This document shows positions 59,229-64,000 of a stretch of 64,000 nucleotides of DNA, piece by piece. Made by a program: the position numbers and the translations under genes. The notes under the pieces were generated by a model. It did not search any database and had not been told where the DNA came from. It saw nothing but the letters and a program-made list of their open reading frames with translations. The DNA is taken from NCBI GenBank assembly GCA_965213705.1, contig OZ243913.1:2528001-2592000 (forward strand). The letters are read 5' to 3'. How positions within the stretch are numbered: the stretch's first letter is position 1; each line of letters starts with the position of its first letter. The DNA comes from Trueperaceae bacterium. Lineage in GTDB: Bacteria > Deinococcota > Deinococci > Deinococcales > Trueperaceae.

Positions 59229-60281
59229 GTGCTCGACGCGACCGACCTCCTGACGCGGGCCGTCACCTTAAAAAGCGTGTCCGGTGACGAGGCCGAGGTT
59301 GCCCGTTTTTTGGTTGGGCAGATGGCGTTTTGTGACGAGGCCTTTGTGGACGCGGCGGGCAACGCCGTCGGCAAAGTCGGGCACGGACCGCTGAAGGTCC
59401 ACTTTCTCGGACACATCGACACCGTGCCGGGCGACATCCCGGTGCGGGTCGAGGCGGGTCGCCTGTACGGGCGCGGCAGCGTCGACGCGAAGGGGTCGTT
59501 TTGCGCGGCGGTCGCGGCGGCGAGCAGGCTGAGGCCGCACATCCTCGAAAAAATCACCCTGCTCCTCATCGGCGCGACCGAAGAAGAAGTGCCGACGAGC
59601 AAGGGCGCGCGCCACGCGCTCGAGGCGTATCCCCAACCCGACTTTGTCATCGTCGGCGAACCGAGCGGCTGGGACGCTGTGACGTTGGGATACAAGGGCC
59701 GACTGGTCGCCAAACTGAGCCTCGAGAAGGCGAACTTTCACTCGGCCGGCGCGGGAACGACCGCCGCGGAAGACTTGGTCGAAGTATGGAACCGCTTGAA
59801 AGCGCAAGCCGACCGCTACAACGAGGGCGTGGGGATGTTCGACGCGCTGCAAGTCACGCTTCAGGACGTCGACAGCCGCGCCGACGGCCTTACCCAAAGC
59901 GCCGCCGCCACCCTCTCCTACCGGCTGCCCCCGGCGCTTCTCCCGGAGCGGGTCAAACGTGTGGTGAGCGAACAGCTCGGCCCTGCACGCTGCACCTTTT
60001 CGGGCGCGGAAACGGCTTACCGGGGTGACAAAGACACGCCGCTCACCAGGTCGTTCCGCGTCGCTATTCGCCAACACGGGGGCGAGCCACGTTTCAAGGT
60101 TAAAACGGGCACCGCCGACATGAACGTCGTCGCGCCCCAGTGGGCGGTGCCGATGCTGGCCTACGGTCCTGGCGACTCGGCCCTCGACCACACGCCTGAC
60201 GAGAACTTGCCCCTGCAGGACTACCAAAAAGCGGTCGCCGTGTTGGCGACCGCCCTCGCTCGACTGGCCGAGATGACGTGA
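59229..60281 (+). CDS. lysK: [LysW]-lysine hydrolase (M20)
   Basis: [43 protein letters not shown]. Confidence 0.88.
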   Translation: MLDATDLLTRAVTLKSVSGDEAEVARFLVGQMAFCDEAFVDAAGNAVGKVGHGPLKVHFLGHIDTVPGDIPVRVEAGRLYGRGSVDAKGSFCAAVAAASRLRPHILEKITLLLIGATEEEVPTSKGARHALEAYPQPDFVIVGEPSGWDAVTLGYKGRLVAKLSLEKANFHSAGAGTTAAEDLVEVWNRLKAQADRYNEGVGMFDALQVTLQDVDSRADGLTQSAAATLSYRLPPALLPERVKRVVSEQLGPARCTFSGAETAYRGDKDTPLTRSFRVAIRQHGGEPRFKVKTGTADMNVVAPQWAVPMLAYGPGDSALDHTPDENLPLQDYQKAVAVLATALARLAEMT

Positions 60282-60309
60282 ATTTTGGACGCTTAACCGA
60301 AGGCTAGCA

Positions 60310-60546
60310 CTACAGTCCCGACAGGGCGTAATTTTTGCCGATGAACGATTCCCACTCGGCGGGCATGTCCTCTTCTGGGTAAATGGCGCTGACCGGACAA
60401 GCCGGAACACAAGCCCCGCAGTCGATGCACTCTTCGGGGTGAATGTAAAACTGGTCGTCGGCCTCGTAAATGCACTCGACCGGACAAACGTCTACGCAAG
60501 ACGCGTCTTTGGTGCCGATGCAGGGTTCGGCGATAATGTGTGGCAT
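60310..60546 (-). CDS. Dicluster (7Fe-type) ferredoxin
   Basis: CIGTKDASCVDVCPVEC, CIDCGACVPACP. Confidence 0.93.
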   Translation of the reverse strand: MPHIIAEPCIGTKDASCVDVCPVECIYEADDQFYIHPEECIDCGACVPACPVSAIYPEEDMPAEWESFIGKNYALSGL

Positions 60547-60715
60547 TGTACCTCCGTCGCGGGGTTGTCCCCTACGGCTATTGTTAAGGATAAAACCCGC
60601 TTCGTCAAGCGAGCCCGCTCACAGTGCGCCGCCGCCCGACGCGCTTCGCAGCCCCACAAAACGACTGTAAAAAGTATATCCCCGTCGCCAAAGTCTGTGG
60701 CTTACACTTAAAAAC

Positions 60716-62602
60716 ATGCTGAAGCTCGAGCCCGTAGCGTTGGAACTTTTAGAGTACAAAATCCAAGACATCCGGGCGGCGCGGCAGGTCAAGGGCGGCC
60801 TGGCGAGCGTTTGGGACTTGTACAACTATCTTTTCAAAGAGGCCGCCACTCTTACGGAGTACGAGCGCGGCCGGGTCGAGGCGGCGGGCAAGGTTCTAAA
60901 GCGCTTCGGCGAGACCTCGAGGTCGACCCAAAGCATGGCGCAGACCCTTGAAGCGCTCGTCTTGAACGACCTTACCGTGTCCGTGTCTCCCAAAGTCGCG
61001 GCGACGCTGCGCTTTACCGACGAGACACCTATCCTAGAAATGGACGTTGAGGTTTTAGAAGAACAAGCGGTCTTGCAGCGGCTCGCCAAACGGGTCTGGT
61101 GGCACGACATGGAGACCGTCGTGCACGAGTTTGCAGTCCAGTGCCGCGCCGAAAAAGACCGCGTCACGGCGCGGCTGCTCTACGCGCTGTCGCTCAACTT
61201 GACGCGGTACCTAAGTGCGCACGGCAACCTGGACGTCAACCTGACGAATTTTCGAGTCGAGGACGCCGTGCCCGAGCGCAGCGACCCGCTCGTCTCGCTC
61301 AACGACCTAGACGTTTTGAGCGACCTGGTCCGCGACCTCGTCGAGACCGTTCTAGTCCTCGGCGACCCTGCCGGCCGCTACGCCCCTTTGGGGCTGCCCC
61401 GCGGCCAGGCGCTGGGCTTTGTCAAACGCATGGCCCTGGCCCTCGCCCGCGACCCCTACGGCGGCGAATGCAGTCCGCTCGCGCCGCGCCAACCCAGCAG
61501 CGAACAGTTGCGCCTCGCCCTGCGCGAGCTTGCCAAAGAGCCTTTACGAGAAGAACAAAAACAAGTGCAACACGAGACCTTGAGCGAGCGGTTGCGCATT
61601 ACCACGGCGTTTGAAAAACAGCAGCGTCACGCGTTTCAGCAAGACGTTCTCGGCTTTTCAAACGCCGTCCACACCTTTTTCAACCGTCTCGCGCGCTATC
61701 TGCCCGGTCGGGTCGGCGGCGAGGCGGGCGAACCCCAACTGAGCGGCGGCGTGCTTTTCGCCGTCAACCCCGCCTTGCGCATAGCGAGCGTCGCCGCGGA
61801 CGCCAGCGCCGTCACCGTTCACCTCAAGGGGCCGACGCGTTTGGTTTTGGCAGGGCTCGAAATAGCGATTACCGGCGGCCGCACGCCCTCTATTTACTTG
61901 GGCGGACACGACCACCTCCTGCAACCCAGGGTGCGTTTGCGGGCGCAAGGCCGGGAAGTCGTCGCGATTTACGAAAACGCTTACCTGCACCTGAAAGTTC
62001 AGGACACGGAGCGGTCACTTGCCGCCAGCACCGCCGAAGCCTTGGCGGTGTACTTCGTCCTCAGCTCGCCGCACAAAAAGGAGCTGTTGCGGGTACTGCG
62101 CGCCGCCGCCAACGTGGCGACGGGTGAACCCAAAGACTTGGTCGCGCAAGCGCTGTTGCGCTTGCGCGAACTGAGCAGCCGCGCGCCCGACCGCCGTCAA
62201 GCCCTGACCGGACTTGTGCAGGGCGCGAGTCGGGCCGTGAGCGCTACTTTGCCGAGCGCCGTCGTCACCCGGCTGGTAGAGCGTTTTTTGAGCGCGATGA
62301 CCGCAGCGGCGGACGACCTAACTGCCGTCCTCAGGGCGGCGGACGGAGCCGAGATAAGCCGTTACCGACTTAGCGGCGAACCCCTGTCCCTCAACGTTGC
62401 CGGTCAACCGCTGACGGTGCGCGAGTACCGAAACCCTGGCAAAGAGGCGCGGCGCAGCGTCGCCGTAGTCTTGCCCGACCGAACGGCAAACTCTTTCAAT
62501 CACTACTTGCTTCAGCCTTTACCGAACGGCACGCTGCTGTGCGTTCGCACCGCCGAGGACTTGCTGTGCGTCTACTTCGCCGGTGTAACCTTGGAAGTAT
62601 AA
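60716..62602 (+). CDS. Hypothetical protein
   Basis: 628-aa ORF with host-like codon usage; TACACT 7 nt before ATG; no recognised motif. Confidence 0.8.
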   Translation: MLKLEPVALELLEYKIQDIRAARQVKGGLASVWDLYNYLFKEAATLTEYERGRVEAAGKVLKRFGETSRSTQSMAQTLEALVLNDLTVSVSPKVAATLRFTDETPILEMDVEVLEEQAVLQRLAKRVWWHDMETVVHEFAVQCRAEKDRVTARLLYALSLNLTRYLSAHGNLDVNLTNFRVEDAVPERSDPLVSLNDLDVLSDLVRDLVETVLVLGDPAGRYAPLGLPRGQALGFVKRMALALARDPYGGECSPLAPRQPSSEQLRLALRELAKEPLREEQKQVQHETLSERLRITTAFEKQQRHAFQQDVLGFSNAVHTFFNRLARYLPGRVGGEAGEPQLSGGVLFAVNPALRIASVAADASAVTVHLKGPTRLVLAGLEIAITGGRTPSIYLGGHDHLLQPRVRLRAQGREVVAIYENAYLHLKVQDTERSLAASTAEALAVYFVLSSPHKKELLRVLRAAANVATGEPKDLVAQALLRLRELSSRAPDRRQALTGLVQGASRAVSATLPSAVVTRLVERFLSAMTAAADDLTAVLRAADGAEISRYRLSGEPLSLNVAGQPLTVREYRNPGKEARRSVAVVLPDRTANSFNHYLLQPLPNGTLLCVRTAEDLLCVYFAGVTLEV

Positions 62603-62622
62603 AGTACAGAAAGGAAGGTACG

Positions 62623-62904
62623 GTGACCAGGTTGTCCCCACAAGCTGTGGACACGGCCCTTAAGACTTTGCGCGGCTGGGTCCTGAAAGATGCCAAACTC
62701 CACAAGACGCTCACGTTTTCGTCTTTCAACGAGGCCTTTGGCTTTTTGTGCCGGGTGGCTTTGCAAGCAGAACGGCTGAACCACCACCCCGAACTGTGCA
62801 GCGTTTATCGCAAGGTCACGGTAGCCCTGAGCACCCACGACGTCGGCGGCGTCAGCGAGCTGGACGTGGAGCTGGCGAGGTTCATAGACACGCTCAACGC
62901 CTGA
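62623..62904 (+). CDS. Pterin-4-alpha-carbinolamine dehydratase
   Basis: AERLNHHPE, LSTHDVGGVSELD. Confidence 0.92.
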   Translation: MTRLSPQAVDTALKTLRGWVLKDAKLHKTLTFSSFNEAFGFLCRVALQAERLNHHPELCSVYRKVTVALSTHDVGGVSELDVELARFIDTLNA

Positions 62905-62930
62905 CTTTTGAGCTGCCGAAAGGGTGCGCG

Positions 62931-63448
62931 GTGAAACCGACCTTGTTTCACGTCAGCGAAGAGCCCGGCATTGGGCGCTTCGAGCCTCGAGCCGCCCCCG
63001 AAACCTCCGGGCGGGCGAAAAGCTGGTGTGGGCGGTGGACGAAGCGCGTCTCCACAGCTACTTGTTGCCCCGTGACTGTCCCCGGGTTACCTTTTACGCG
63101 CGCCCCGACAGCGACCCTTATGACGTGACGTGTTTGCTGGGGGCAGCCGTGTTCGTCGTCGCCATAGAAGCGGCCTGGCTCGAGCGGGCACTCACGACGC
63201 CGCTTTACCGTTACGCTTTCGCACCCACTTCTTTTGTCGTGAGCGACGCAGGCGCTGGGTATTACGTCTCTACGGAAGCCGTCGAGCCCCTCAGCGTGAC
63301 GCGTGTCGACAACCCGGTGCGAGCGCTGCTGGAGCGCGGCGTGGAGCTGCGCGTGTTGCCGTATTTGTGGCATTTGCGAGACGTGGTCGTGGCCTCGAGC
63401 CTTCAATTCTCCGTCATTCGGATGCGCAACGCCCAACCCAGGCCCTGA
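62931..63448 (+). pseudogene. Frameshifted DUF6886-like protein
   Basis: LFHVSEEPGIGRFEPR in one frame, VWAVDEARLHSYLLPRDCPRV in another; shift near 63010. Confidence 0.7.
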
Positions 63449-63454
63449 CGCACT

Positions 63455-64000
63455 TCAGCGAAGAACCACGAGCATCACGAAGTAGTACGTTACGGGCACG
63501 GCAAACAGCATACTGTCGATGCGGTCGAGCACGCCGCCGTGGCCGGGCAGCAGCCCGCCTGCGTCTTTCACGCCCGCCCAGCGTTTGATTAAGGACTCGA
63601 ACAAGTCGCCGAGTTGCGCGGCGCTGGCGACGAGCACGCTGAACAAAATCGCGTCGTATAGATCGACCTGGATGCTGCGCCAATGCTCTAACCCGTACGC
63701 CGTCGCCGTGACGATAAAAATAGCCAGTCCGAGGCCGCCGAACGCGCCCTCCAAGGTTTTGTTCGGGCTCAGTTGCGGCGCGAGCTTGCGCCGCCCGAAC
63801 AGTTTGCCGACCACGTAAGCGCCCACGTCCGACGCGATGATGGCGAGCATCGGCAGCATGAGGTACCACAGCCCGAGCACCCCGTCCGGGGTGTAGCGCA
63901 GCGTGATGACGTAGCCGAACAGCCACGGGATGTACAGGTAACCGAACAGCGTGAAGATGACGCTGTACATGCTGTTTTGGTTGGGCCGCATGACTTCCAA
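63455..64000 (-). CDS. cdsA: Phosphatidate cytidylyltransferase (partial, runs off the window)
   Basis: SPNKTLEG, GDLFESLIKR, KDAG.LLPGHGGVLDRIDS. Confidence 0.95.
   Translation of the reverse strand: MEVMRPNQNSMYSVIFTLFGYLYIPWLFGYVITLRYTPDGVLGLWYLMLPMLAIIASDVGAYVVGKLFGRRKLAPQLSPNKTLEGAFGGLGLAIFIVTATAYGLEHWRSIQVDLYDAILFSVLVASAAQLGDLFESLIKRWAGVKDAGGLLPGHGGVLDRIDSMLFAVPVTYYFVMLVVLR

Overview
A GC-rich bacterial chromosomal window, most likely Deinococcota (Deinococcales/Trueperaceae-like). Evidence: a Deinococcus-type L31, a [LysW]-lysine hydrolase, many TANNNT boxes 5-8 nt upstream of start codons, and a strong excess of CTCGAG. Core genes (gnd-zwf, rocF, phoBR/phoU, rpmE, tRNA-Pro, alaS-ruvX-mltG, rbsK, lysK, cdsA) are mixed with accessory DNA. 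Highlights: (1) a ~10 kb redox-signalling-like cluster with a receiver-glutaredoxin-TrxR-fold fusion lacking catalytic cysteines, a cNMP-domain kinase, a glutaredoxin, two UBP-type Zn fingers, a Kef-type antiporter, an MFS pump and an Fe-S/CDGSH protein, directly upstream of gnd-zwf. (2) A candidate leader-peptide attenuator (MMLPQPRAA*) upstream of alaS. (3) A low-GC orphan protein with a RHIM-like amyloid motif. (4) Five toxin-antitoxin loci, four with apparent toxin-disabling lesions. (5) A pair of large secreted repeat proteins. No CRISPR array, rRNA, integrase or transposase was seen. All family calls come from motif recognition by eye, not database searches.
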